Below, piece by piece: positions 53,842 to 64,000 of a stretch of 64,000 bases of DNA. This DNA comes from Williopsis jadinii (Eukaryota), in NCBI GenBank assembly GCA_024346625.1, contig AP024666.1:1860001-1924000 (forward strand). The letters run 5' to 3'. Every line of letters begins with the position of its first letter. Position 1 is the first letter of the stretch. The notes under the pieces are model-generated. The model worked only from the letters and a program-made list of their open reading frames with translations, ran no database searches and was not told the origin of the DNA. The position numbers and the translations under genes are program-made.

Positions 53842-55061
53842 TGTGGAGAATGTCTTAGTTCCCACAAAGTACGTGCTATATATAGAGAACAATTTCGTGA
53901 TTTACAAGCTGATATAATTTTGTCTTTTCCATCACCCTTTCCCTGTAAATTAATACACCAATAGTAATCTATAGACGTATTGTGAGGACACAAAAAAGTC
54001 CTAGTCTTTTCTGAAAGGACCCAGCGAGGAACCTACCGCCCCGCCTCCCCAAATACTAGTCCCTCCAAAAGACTAGTCCCTCCGAAGCAACCTCACCTAG
54101 GACAATGGCGGCGTGTGTCCCCCGGCTGAACCAGTCACCGATAGTCACATCGTCCTATAAAATTCCCCGCATTGATTACCCTTTTTCGTTTAAGCGAACG
54201 GTTAAATAACGTAATCCATTACGTAATCTCCACATACAACCCGCGTTGTGGGGGTACTTCGTGATAGCTCTCTCATTCCCCTTTCAGCCCTCGCATTTTT
54301 TTGGAGGGGGGGGGACCTTTTGTTGATGATTGACGTTGAGTATGTGCTTGTTGATTTTGTTGGTTCTTTCGGTTCTCTCGTGAGTTTCTAACTGAAAGTG
54401 AGTGAGAGAGAGCGAAGAAAGAAAAGGAAACAAATCGCAGTTTAGTTAACACTGATTTATTGAAATCTAAGGCCAGATTGTGAGTTGTTGTTTGAAAACC
54501 TCCCCATTCCTCGTACTCAGAGCGCATAAACACTGTGTGTATTTTGCCCTTGCTGTTGTTGTTGCTGTTGTTGTTGCTGTTGCTGTTTGTTATCGTCCAA
54601 CGGCGCTTACACTCGAAACCAACTTGCCTCCGTATCGATTCATCCCGTCCGCGCTGAATTCTCTATAAAGCAGGACGCTTTGCCTCACATTCGATTCCAG
54701 CACTCTGGGCTAACAGCGCGCGTTCGACCAAACCACTGCCCATACAAGCTGACTGTGTGTTACCGCTGTGTGAGACTTTATTTCCTTGTTGATAGTTGCT
54801 CCATCGTTTCATCCGCCGCCGCTGATACCCTCTGTTGTGTTGATCTTTTGTTGATCTTTGTTGATCTTTACTGTGCTGTGCCGCCCTGCCTGATTGTTGT
54901 TTCTGAATCTCCGTGGCTGCTTATAAAACGGGAAGGCGTTGCACAGAAGACAACTGTGCGTGTACATTTGATGATTCACAGCGAGGTGTGTGCCATTTGA
55001 AGCAATTGAAGAACCCCCTCCCACCGTCCGCGGGAAAAGAGACACTTATACACGATATACA

Positions 55062-58000
55062 ATGGATAGTGCCCATCAGAACGCTCCACCGACTGCACCA
55101 CAGCACAATGGTGAGCACAATAGCATCGCTCCGGTACCGGACCATATGACCTGTAACGGTACCACGCCTTCTGGCAGACCCCGTTTGTTTGCGTGCGAGG
55201 TGTGCAAGCGAGCATTTGCACGCTCAGAGCACTTGAAACGTCATGAACGCTCACATACCAAGGAGAAGCCGTTTGTCTGTGGTGTTTGTCAGAGGAGATT
55301 CTCCAGAAGAGACTTGTTGTTGAGACATGCTCAGAAGCTGCACGCTGGATGTGACGATGCCATCAAGAGAATGCGTAAGAGGTCGAAAAGGGCAAAGAAG
55401 AATGATGGGGAAGACGAAGGAGACAGCGCCGGTGTTGCATCGTCTCAAGGAGACTCTAAGAGAAAGAAACCAAACAGCGAGCAGCAATTGCCTAGTACTG
55501 GTAACCTTCTGGCTGGCGACTTCAATTTCTTCTTTGCAACGAATAACGATATTCACGGTACGCAGTATGGTACGCAGTACAGTTCGATGATGAACTTTGA
55601 CGTGGTTCCAAGAGTTAGACACTCCTCTTTTAGTGCAGCCTCTGGTAATAACTATGCAAACGCATCTGTTGGTCAGCAGAATGCTGTTGAATTTGCTACG
55701 CCACAGCTTGTTCCTGTGGATTTGATGTTGAACAATCAAGTTAACGCATCATCAGCAAATGACTCTAACAACCAATCCCAGAATTTTGCACAAAACTCTT
55801 GTATGGATACAAATTCACACCTGATGAATTCATTGGGTTTGAATAACCAATGGTTGGATCCATTACCAAGCCTGCAAAATCTACCAAGTTTGCAGTTTAT
55901 CAACAACTTCTCCTTGAATGATTCCTCGACTAGTACAGGCCCACTATCATCAGCGATTAGTTCTACTACAAATACAAACAAAAAGGCAAATACAAGTGCT
56001 GCTAATCCTCAAGAGACACTCAAGGCTTCGCAATCAACAAGTTCTGCAAAATCAGTTGGCTTATCTAGCTCAAATCCTCAAAAGAAAAAACCGTCGGACT
56101 CGAATGACGTTTTTGGATACTCATTCTATGACGATGACTATGTCCTGGGAAGTCAGATGGAGGATTTCCATTCGATAAAACTTTCCTACCCAAAATTACC
56201 ATCGACGTATCTCCAAGAGACTGCATCCTCTCCTTCAACGGTACACAATGCTCAATCATCACATAATACGAATACTAATGATTATATCCTTCTTTCGGAT
56301 CTTGAAGTTCCAAATCAGGCTGAGAAGATCCTCTCTGTGGGATACTCTTTCTACGAAAATAACGATTCTACAGCAGGGAACTCAAACGGTCTGGGCTGGA
56401 GAAACCCATCACCTTCTGTCTCCGATAGTCCACCAGTTAAGGAGACTCAAACTCAACCACTGGTGTCGAGAAGCTTACCAAGTATGTCATTGACGGATTT
56501 GTTCACCAATTCAACCATTGATCGCATCAACAAAGTTATGAAGAGATACCCATTTGCTGGCTTGCCACAGCCACAACTTCCTACGGTGGAGTATTTGAAC
56601 CACTACGTTGATAACTTTAGAGAATTGTTCTTGTCGCACTATCCGTTTATTCACAGAAACTTGCTCAACGAGGAGTCGATGTACAAGCATACTTTGAATC
56701 CTGAAACTCCGAAGGATTATGCTCCAACCATTTGCTTACCTTTGTTGATAGCTACTATTGGAGCTTTGTATACGAATCAGAAACAACATGCGGCAGATTT
56801 GTACGAATATTCAAGACGCTGCATCCATGTTTATCTCGATTCAAGAAAGAAGAACGATGAGGCTGAAAAGAATACAACCCATAATTCTCCTCTTTGGCTT
56901 GTACAATCTCTAGTTTTGAGTGTTCTATATGGATTGTTTGGTGAGTACGATGAATCTGACTTGGGCATTATATTGAGACAAGTGAATGCATTGTGTACTT
57001 TGGTTAAGGTTTCAAGATTTAACCTGTGTCAGTTCAACCATGAGAATATCGAAATCAACGAGGAGTATTTTGAGGACTATATAACATACCAGTCTAAAGT
57101 GAGAACGGTGTATATGATCTTCAACATCTCATCCATGCTCTCGTGTCTTTATAACGTGGATCGGTTTATCGGTTATAAGGAGATTAAGTGTGACTTACCG
57201 GATCTGGAAAGCTACTGGAACTGTTCCAACTTACGAGAGTTCAAAAAGGTTTGCATTGAGTGTAACTTGAACTACAGCTTAAACTCAGAAAAGATATTGA
57301 ACGATATGGTTTTTAACAATCAAATCAACTACAAAGTTTCAGAGTTCGGGTCCATTATCATTATGAATATCTTGTTACAATATTTCTTCACCAACAGAGA
57401 TAATGCACTGTCTAATTATTCCATTGGTATCTCCCCGGATCATATGAATGCCTCAAACTTGGTCAAGAACTACTTGTGGGAAGATATGATTACTGATGTG
57501 TGCTCGCCGATGAACATGGAGTCTGTTGTTCTTCGTAACGTTGCTGTGATTCGATCTATGATGATTGACTTGTCACCAATGAAAGAGGCACTATGGTCAC
57601 GGTCTTGGGATAAGGTTTCATCGGAATTTCTATCTCTAAGCCCTAAGACTGACGATTTGATTGACGCATGTGACTACAGTGTTAGAACTTTGAGTATGAT
57701 GTTCATCAACGATGTAGAATCAAGCAATTTCAAGAAATGTGTGTCATTGAGTTTGCAATGGCTGTTCTTCAACTTCTTCTACATTGCCAAGTTCTTGCAC
57801 AAGTTTGAACGATTGATCTTGAAACAAGTGTTAACTGGAGGACATATCAAACCACATGAAGCTAGGCTAATGCCTAAATTCTTTTCTATTTATTTGAAGA
57901 TTGCAAAGTTTTTGGCTGATCTTGAGCAATTACTTACACGCAACTTTGAATATCATGACCCAACGTCTCAACTCGCATTGAAGCAATTTGACGCTTCGAA

Positions 58001-58226
58001 GATTACATTTGGATATCAAAGACTCGTGGAGGCCCACTATCCGAAGGATGTCAATATGGATAACGTTGTGAAGATTGTTTCGCTACGCCTGTCGCAGAAC
58101 GTTTTAAGGATTGGTGAGTTCGTCATGTATTATATATATAAGCATGAAGCAAACTTCAACATCTTTAAAGCTCAAAGTGAAGGCTTGCGTCATCTGCGAG
58201 TATTTGTTGAAAAGGATCTTGCTTGA
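55062..58226 (+). CDS. ADR1: C2H2 zinc-finger carbon-source regulator, Adr1/Mxr1 family
   Basis: [31 protein letters not shown]...[17 protein letters not shown] regulatory motif; fungal TF middle domain. ADR1-RAD9-SPR28 order matches S. cerevisiae. Confidence 0.88.
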   Translation: MDSAHQNAPPTAPQHNGEHNSIAPVPDHMTCNGTTPSGRPRLFACEVCKRAFARSEHLKRHERSHTKEKPFVCGVCQRRFSRRDLLLRHAQKLHAGCDDAIKRMRKRSKRAKKNDGEDEGDSAGVASSQGDSKRKKPNSEQQLPSTGNLLAGDFNFFFATNNDIHGTQYGTQYSSMMNFDVVPRVRHSSFSAASGNNYANASVGQQNAVEFATPQLVPVDLMLNNQVNASSANDSNNQSQNFAQNSCMDTNSHLMNSLGLNNQWLDPLPSLQNLPSLQFINNFSLNDSSTSTGPLSSAISSTTNTNKKANTSAANPQETLKASQSTSSAKSVGLSSSNPQKKKPSDSNDVFGYSFYDDDYVLGSQMEDFHSIKLSYPKLPSTYLQETASSPSTVHNAQSSHNTNTNDYILLSDLEVPNQAEKILSVGYSFYENNDSTAGNSNGLGWRNPSPSVSDSPPVKETQTQPLVSRSLPSMSLTDLFTNSTIDRINKVMKRYPFAGLPQPQLPTVEYLNHYVDNFRELFLSHYPFIHRNLLNEESMYKHTLNPETPKDYAPTICLPLLIATIGALYTNQKQHAADLYEYSRRCIHVYLDSRKKNDEAEKNTTHNSPLWLVQSLVLSVLYGLFGEYDESDLGIILRQVNALCTLVKVSRFNLCQFNHENIEINEEYFEDYITYQSKVRTVYMIFNISSMLSCLYNVDRFIGYKEIKCDLPDLESYWNCSNLREFKKVCIECNLNYSLNSEKILNDMVFNNQINYKVSEFGSIIIMNILLQYFFTNRDNALSNYSIGISPDHMNASNLVKNYLWEDMITDVCSPMNMESVVLRNVAVIRSMMIDLSPMKEALWSRSWDKVSSEFLSLSPKTDDLIDACDYSVRTLSMMFINDVESSNFKKCVSLSLQWLFFNFFYIAKFLHKFERLILKQVLTGGHIKPHEARLMPKFFSIYLKIAKFLADLEQLLTRNFEYHDPTSQLALKQFDASKITFGYQRLVEAHYPKDVNMDNVVKIVSLRLSQNVLRIGEFVMYYIYKHEANFNIFKAQSEGLRHLRVFVEKDLA

Positions 58227-58316
58227 AAAACTATTATTTATTTATTGTTGATGTTATGCTCTTTGACGAATTAATTTATGACTAACAAAAGTACTACTCA
58301 TCCATGTACATTCCCA

Positions 58317-61184
58317 TCATATGCTTAGCACCCTTGATTCCCATGGATAGCCACTTATTATACACTGAACTAGCCATTCCCAATCAACATGCTGTACATT
58401 GATGGTGGGTTGTGAAGACCTTCTCTTTGCTTCAAAAGATTTGATACTCTTGGGTATTCTTGCCATAGATTTAGCGTAGAGGTAAACGTACTCTTCATCA
58501 CAGTACTCATCCAATATATCTGAGTCATTGATGAGCTTTACATGACGGACACGAGCACCAAGTGCCCTGAATACAAAAGTAGATATCTCTGGTTCCATCT
58601 CGGTCATCAACACCAATTTCCCTTCCAAAATCAAGTTATTTTGTAGTTGATGCTCCAACGTTGAGCCACTCTCCCAATTTCTGATAAATCGTGATATATC
58701 TGCACTCACCATAGCATCATGGAGATGCTTAGATTTACCACTTGGGAGTAGATAGCTTCTTAGATTGGTCAATAGAGTCGACTGCGCAGCGCAATGTTGA
58801 AGATACTCGTAGCTTAACACAGGCCATCCAAGTGATAGCGACTCGAGGAACTTTGGGTATCTATTAGTCCTTGAGGTTATTAATGCTGCAAACGTCTTAG
58901 AGCCAAATGGATCATTTCTAGCAACTAGTCGTTGCTCCTCTTCAGAGTATTCGATCAACGAAGCAAACCCGTCTTGAGCCAATGAGCCACCATTCTCCAG
59001 TATCAACTTTTCCAACATAGCCTTCAGTGAGTCGTCAAGGTTGGTAAGGGCGAAGATACAGCCATCGAATAGCTCAGACTTGACCGTCGTCTGCTCGGGA
59101 ACTGTAAGCGATAGCTCTTGATCCAATATGCTATGTTGTCTGGTGGCACGACGTCTTTGTAGTTCCTGTTCAGAGCCGACTCTATCCATTTTTGACCATT
59201 CCTCAACAGACATCTTGATGTCCTGTATAGCAAATCTCCATTCCTGTGGAGTCTTCTTATTCCTGTAGGTATTCTTGTTCTTCATTCTCTTCTTCCTGAC
59301 TTGTTCTACAACAACAGTATCGTATCCTCTCATGCACCTGATAACATCATCTGATGCTGAGACTCGTTGCAATGCCATAACAGAGTAGAGATTGTCGTCG
59401 TACTGTATGGTGTCTCCAATTCTAATGTCCAAAGGTACGACACCACTAACATATTGAACCCTATCGTTGAACTTGACCTTAGTACCATAAGAGTCCTCGC
59501 CCACGATGAGCCCAGGGTAGTAAAAGGTCTCGTACAGAGACCAAACACTCTTATGTGAGACTATATCAGACTCCTTCAGGAACAACTGTGGTTCTTGCTC
59601 GAGTGTGCTTTGAGGTACGTTCCTCAACTCCATTGTGATGTCCTCATCATTGGTTTCACTCCTTGTTGTGAGGGCAGATAGTTCAGAGCTTGAGATCTGG
59701 TCGTCCTTGAGCCTTTTTGGCTCCTGTGATGATACACTGACAAAAGCTCTTTTCCTGCCTTTTCTTCCTCTTTTAATAACTTCATCATCATCATCATCTT
59801 CGTGCTGTTGCAAAACAGTTGGGTCTTCGCCTTCCACAGTAGCGTTGACTTTGCTTTCGTCGTCTATATCGCTGAACTCCTGTGTTATGTTCAACACCAT
59901 ATCAGGATTTTGACTCTTCCTCACAGTAGATGATCCCATTGCTTTGATTGCTGGTACTTGCTTCGAAGGTGTCTCAATCATCGAGAACTCATCTCCTTTT
60001 TGGCTCGCACTGTTTGCCTGTGGGAATGAATTGGTCCTTATACTTAATCCCCTTTGTGAGTGCCTCTGTGGAGGTGAGCTCTTTGTCAAATGGTGGATCT
60101 GATCACGAGCTCTAACCACTTGTAAGCTGTCCTCAGCTTGAAAGCTTCCCAGGTGACCTGAAGACTTGTTTCCCTTTGTAGAATCGCTGAAAGTTCCATC
60201 TTCATCTTCCGAAACCACTGGTGAAGACATCCTATTATTGTCGTCCTTGTTATTATTAGGGGTTGGAGAGGCATTCTCTTCGTTGTCTCTGATATCGTCA
60301 GTGCTATTGTTAAAGGTAGAATGCAAAGCAGATCCCTCGTCATCCTCTGGTGCTGTCCCTGGTATCTGTAAAGCAGCTTGTGAAACATTACTCAAGTTGG
60401 TCAAATTGGCCTCATAATCGGCAACTGTATCACCTTCTGCTATGGAAGCATCCACATCAGCCAGGGACGCGTTCTGATTGGACAAACAGTCCTGTGTATC
60501 GTCATACGCCAAAGACGGTACATCAGCTGACTGAGTGTCAATATCTAGCTCTGGCTCAGCTTGTTTCCGTCGAAGTCTGTCAAACACCTTGTGGGCAATG
60601 TCGCCAGGTGTATTTATCACTCTCTTAGATATAGTGTCTGGTGTCATTGACGTTGTAGAGTTGTCATTATCGTCGTACAAGAACTTCGAGTGTATTGGCG
60701 TCTCCTTCAATGGCTTTATCTTATCAGTCGCTGGTGTGTCTTCAAACGGATCAGCGATCCGATTCAGCCAGGGACTCTCCGCATTGGGCAGCTTCAGCTG
60801 CTTAAATATAGCTGAGGAGCTTGTTCCCTCGTCACTCGGCTTCGAATCGGAACTCGAAGACTGCTTAATATCATCGTCATCAACAGCCTCAACTGTCTGC
60901 TCCAGAGCCAATAGCTGCTGTGTATCAACCCGTCCACCCTCCAAGGACGAATCCACCAGCAGATTCTCCTCCTGCGATCCCAGCACCCTCAGCCTCCTCA
61001 TCTGGGAGTCCTGCGAGTCTTTGATCTTAGCACTCGACAGCATCGGCAAGGACGTCCCATCAAACACATTGCTCGTTGCTACTGCTTCGATGACTTGTGT
61101 CTAGTAGCTCTGTTAGTTGATCTCCCTCACTTCTCTCAGACAAAATCGTAAAAAACTCACATCCTTGAGCCCAGATGAGTCCAT
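58317..61184 (-). CDS. RAD9: DNA-damage checkpoint adaptor Rad9 (Tudor plus tandem BRCT), 2 exons (61184-61161, 61100-58317), 935 aa
   Basis: SQ/TQ sites, FYYPG...LDIRIGD...IRCMRGYDTV Tudor region, FDGCIFALT...LSLGWPVL and DWEWLVQCII BRCT motifs. Intron is GTGAGT...AACTAAC...TAG. Confidence 0.88.
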
Positions 61185-61322
61185 CGTGATGTTCAGTACC
61201 AAAGATAGGATCGCTCAGACGAATACCAGCTGAATACCACCGTCAACATTAGCTGAAGTACTGTTTACATTTCGAGCCTCCGGGACACTTTCCACTTATG
61301 TCTCTGTTGCCCGAACCGGTTG

Positions 61323-61360
61323 TGGTGTCCGGGTGTTATGGCTTTTTGGTGTCCGGGTGT
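61323..61360 (-). promoter_or_regulatory. Two identical TGGTGTCCGGGTGT elements (Rap1-like) upstream of RAD9
   Basis: 14-bp direct repeat at 61323-61336 and 61347-61360. Confidence 0.5.
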
Positions 61361-61606
61361 ATCATAGCTGTGCAGTGCTATCATCGACACTATCAACCTA
61401 ACAAAAGTTGTTAGCATTCTCCGTGGTCTGTACAGGGACACCAGTTAACAATCTCAATAGCTGCCATATTCTCTACTCAGCTAGCTCAGTAGTTCATTAG
61501 TTCATACATTGGAAGCAAGTAAATACACAACAGCCTTCAGTAGAAGAGCTGATGACTGCTGGGCTCAAAACGCACAGTATAATCTCCAATGGAGAGCTCG
61601 CACAGG

Positions 61607-62836
61607 TCAACCAACAACGACGCCAGCAGACCCGGGTGTTGAGTTTGGAGCTGGTTCACAGGACGAGACCCTTTTACACTTGGAACTGTGGCGGAGACGA
61701 CTCTCCAAGCTGTTCAAATCGGCCATGTATGCCTCCACGAGCTTCTTCTTGCGCTCAATCTCTCTCAAGGTCTCTTCGTCAATGACGGTACTACCGTCAC
61801 CTCCTACTTCCAAACTGTGGAAAAGGTTCAACAAAGACGGCTCACTGTTGAGTAAATTAACAGCTGGTACAGCAGCTGTGTTGCTATGCGTTGTTGTTGG
61901 TCCCATGGAGGTTATGACCCTGGAATTGATACTGTTCATTCCTTCAGTTGTGGCCAACTTAGACCTTCTATAGTTCTCGTATAGTAAGGTATGTGTCGTG
62001 TCTTTCAACTCTTGTAGATGTGAGCCAAACAACACGTTTCTCAAATTGGTGAAGTCGCTGTGATCTGGGTCTTCAACTTTCAAGGTACCCCATGGGTATC
62101 TTCTCACATGGCAAATGGACCCTTCAATCACCTCTGTATCGTAGGAGCCGCAAATTGCAAACGGTAAGTTCTGTCTCAAGGCATCAATCTCAGTTATGGT
62201 CTCTGGGTCATCCGAATCTATCGAGAAGTCGTAAACAGGGATCCTATTCAGCTCTATGTCCTTCGAGATCAACTGTTTGTTCAACGTGAGCTCTTCTTGT
62301 GTTAGGGAGTCCAGCTTGGATAAGACCGGTATGACATTGACCCTCGTACTTAACTCCTTCATGGCAACAACATCCAATTCACGTAGCCCTCGAGTGGTTG
62401 GTCGGATAAAGTACAACAGCGCATGTGGTCTGCCATCTTTGAACTTGGCATCACGGTCGATGCGGCACTCCTCGTTCAACATCAGATCAAACTGCAGCTC
62501 GAGGTAATTGACAATAACCGCAACACATGAAGTGTTATCAATGTTATCTCCAAAGCCTGGAGCCATGATCACGTCCAAGCTTATCGGCGTCGAATCCTTC
62601 TCAGCAATGTTCACATGTATATCCAAAATATCAATACCTGGGTTCAAATGCGAGTTCTCAGGCGAAACCGTCGCAGTGTCCTTCCTGATCACGTTCTGAT
62701 TGCACAAAGTGTTGATGAAGGAAGCCTTCCCAGTGCCCTCCTGGCCACACACCAAAAGAGTAAAATCAATACCCTTCTTGATATTTTTACGACGACGAAT
62801 CTCTTCTGGTGATTGATATTGATTCTTCTTCCACAT
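61607..62836 (-). CDS. SPR28: Sporulation-type septin
   Basis: Septin GTPase with GQEGTGKASFINTL, APGFGD, LSKLDSLT and RRYPWG. Synteny with RAD9; CACAAAA (MSE core) at 62905 and 62925 upstream. Confidence 0.75.
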   Translation of the reverse strand: MWKKNQYQSPEEIRRRKNIKKGIDFTLLVCGQEGTGKASFINTLCNQNVIRKDTATVSPENSHLNPGIDILDIHVNIAEKDSTPISLDVIMAPGFGDNIDNTSCVAVIVNYLELQFDLMLNEECRIDRDAKFKDGRPHALLYFIRPTTRGLRELDVVAMKELSTRVNVIPVLSKLDSLTQEELTLNKQLISKDIELNRIPVYDFSIDSDDPETITEIDALRQNLPFAICGSYDTEVIEGSICHVRRYPWGTLKVEDPDHSDFTNLRNVLFGSHLQELKDTTHTLLYENYRRSKLATTEGMNSINSRVITSMGPTTTHSNTAAVPAVNLLNSEPSLLNLFHSLEVGGDGSTVIDEETLREIERKKKLVEAYMADLNSLESRLRHSSKCKRVSSCEPAPNSTPGSAGVVVG

Positions 62837-63102
62837 TGTCCAAAGCACTTCAAGAAGCTCTTGATGTAGAAATCATGAAATAAACCATCATCATCAACAA
62901 ATAGCACAAAATGACAACAAATTCTTTTGTGATATCAACACCAAAACCATCAAGACGAGATAACACAAAGACAGCGTCCAATTGAGCACCAACGCTGTAG
63001 AGTCTGCCTGTGGTGGATGTGCAAATAAAACAGACTTCATTCGTTATGTAAATGATATTATACACTTAATTCTATGCTGTTGATTGTTCTTTTATGCTTG
63101 TT

Positions 63103-64000
63103 TTAGTCTGACTCCAAGTCACTCAACTCGTTGTTTGATTGTAGATCGATGTGTTCTATGATGCGTCTCAGCTTTCTCGCGTGATCACCTTCATCTTGGC
63201 CCTTACGCTTTCTCTGAGCTCCCTCTGGATCAACCTCTTCAGTGTTTGAGCTTGTAGCTGTGCCGTTATTCGGCACAGTTGATGCTGTGGCATTGCTGGA
63301 ATCGACGGCTGAAGATTTTACGGGCAAGCTTTCACGTTCTTCAAGTTTGGAACCCAGTGTTCTCCCTTGATAAGGAGTGCTTTTCTTTAATCCTTCAACA
63401 GTCTGTTTGGCCTCCACGGCGTTTTTATCTTCTTGATCTTTTTCAGCTCCCACAGTCACAGGCTTCTTCATGGAAGGTTTTCTTCTCTTCTCATCATCAA
63501 AAGAGGCAGTAGGCCGTCTACCAGTCATTCCCAGATGCTTTTGAATGCTGCTCACCGACGCTGGCCATGACTCAGCTGGAAATTGTTTGATATGAGTGTC
63601 CTTAGGTGAATCTGCCTCTGTTCTCTGCTTCTTCTTCTCTTCTGAGAGTGTAGATATTGATCCCTTGGAAACCTCAATCACACTCACTCTGGTTTTATTT
63701 GGCATCAAATGAGCGTTCTTCGTAATACTCGGCCCTGAGTTCACAGACTTCATCAACGGCGATCTCGGTAACGGTGGTAACTCTTTCTTCGTATGGTTTG
63801 TCTCTTTTTTCATCATTAATGACTGCAGCATTGAGGTCTTAGGCTCTAAAGGTCTGGTTTCGGTATCTGTTATACTCTCCGATGGCTTCTTCCCTGGTAA
63901 AACTTCAGGCACTAACTGAGGTTTGTTGGAAATGGCAATGGCTAGATCACTTTCGGATGATTTAAACTGCTTCGGAGACGGTTTTTTCCCATCATTGTTC
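63103..64000 (-). CDS. 3' part of a low-complexity Ser/Thr/Lys-rich protein continuing beyond the window
   Basis: Frame stays open to the window edge; no recognisable domain. Confidence 0.6.
   Translation of the reverse strand, partial: NNDGKKPSPKQFKSSESDLAIAISNKPQLVPEVLPGKKPSESITDTETRPLEPKTSMLQSLMMKKETNHTKKELPPLPRSPLMKSVNSGPSITKNAHLMPNKTRVSVIEVSKGSISTLSEEKKKQRTEADSPKDTHIKQFPAESWPASVSSIQKHLGMTGRRPTASFDDEKRRKPSMKKPVTVGAEKDQEDKNAVEAKQTVEGLKKSTPYQGRTLGSKLEERESLPVKSSAVDSSNATASTVPNNGTATSSNTEEVDPEGAQRKRKGQDEGDHARKLRRIIEHIDLQSNNELSDLESD

Noticed and set aside
54055..54590. ACTAGTCCCTCC doublet and (GTT/GCT)n run upstream of ADR1
   Set aside because: Short simple repeats in a long promoter; no further structure to support a call.
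1..64000. CRISPR arrays, rRNA or prokaryotic/phage systems
   Set aside because: The sequence is clearly a eukaryotic yeast chromosome; no repeat-spacer arrays or rRNA-like sequence found.

Overview
Gene-dense chromosomal segment of a budding yeast (Saccharomycotina). It uses the standard genetic code: CTG occupies conserved Leu positions, e.g. in RPN7. The squalene synthase closely matches my recollection of the Cyberlindnera jadinii (Candida utilis) protein, so Phaffomycetaceae/Cyberlindnera is likely; this is an inference. About 35 mostly housekeeping genes are present (PRE6, RPR2, MIM1, RTG2, hexokinase, FMC1, MIM2, RPN7, p24, IQG1, CIN2, APD1, ULS1-like, TRP1, PRP9, ERV14, AME1, IPP1, INP54, ERG9, ERp38-type PDI, PFA3, HUT1, SRP68, AIM17, SPA2, ADR1, RAD9, SPR28), plus one tRNA-Arg(UCU) and at least 10 short spliceosomal introns that the ORF track misses. 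Notable items: (1) an intact ~998-aa Ty3/Gypsy Gag-PR-RT-RNaseH-derived ORF whose three enzyme active-site motifs are all disrupted, with an added N-terminal membrane anchor, no integrase and no LTRs, which looks like a domesticated retrotransposon gene; (2) a degenerate Helitron-like remnant bounded by a perfect 16-bp inverted repeat and followed by a ~98-nt G-U-containing hairpin; (3) a possible killer-toxin-like precursor gene; (4) an intron that gives hexokinase two possible N-termini; (5) single-base frameshifts in the neighbouring ULS1-like and TRP1 genes.
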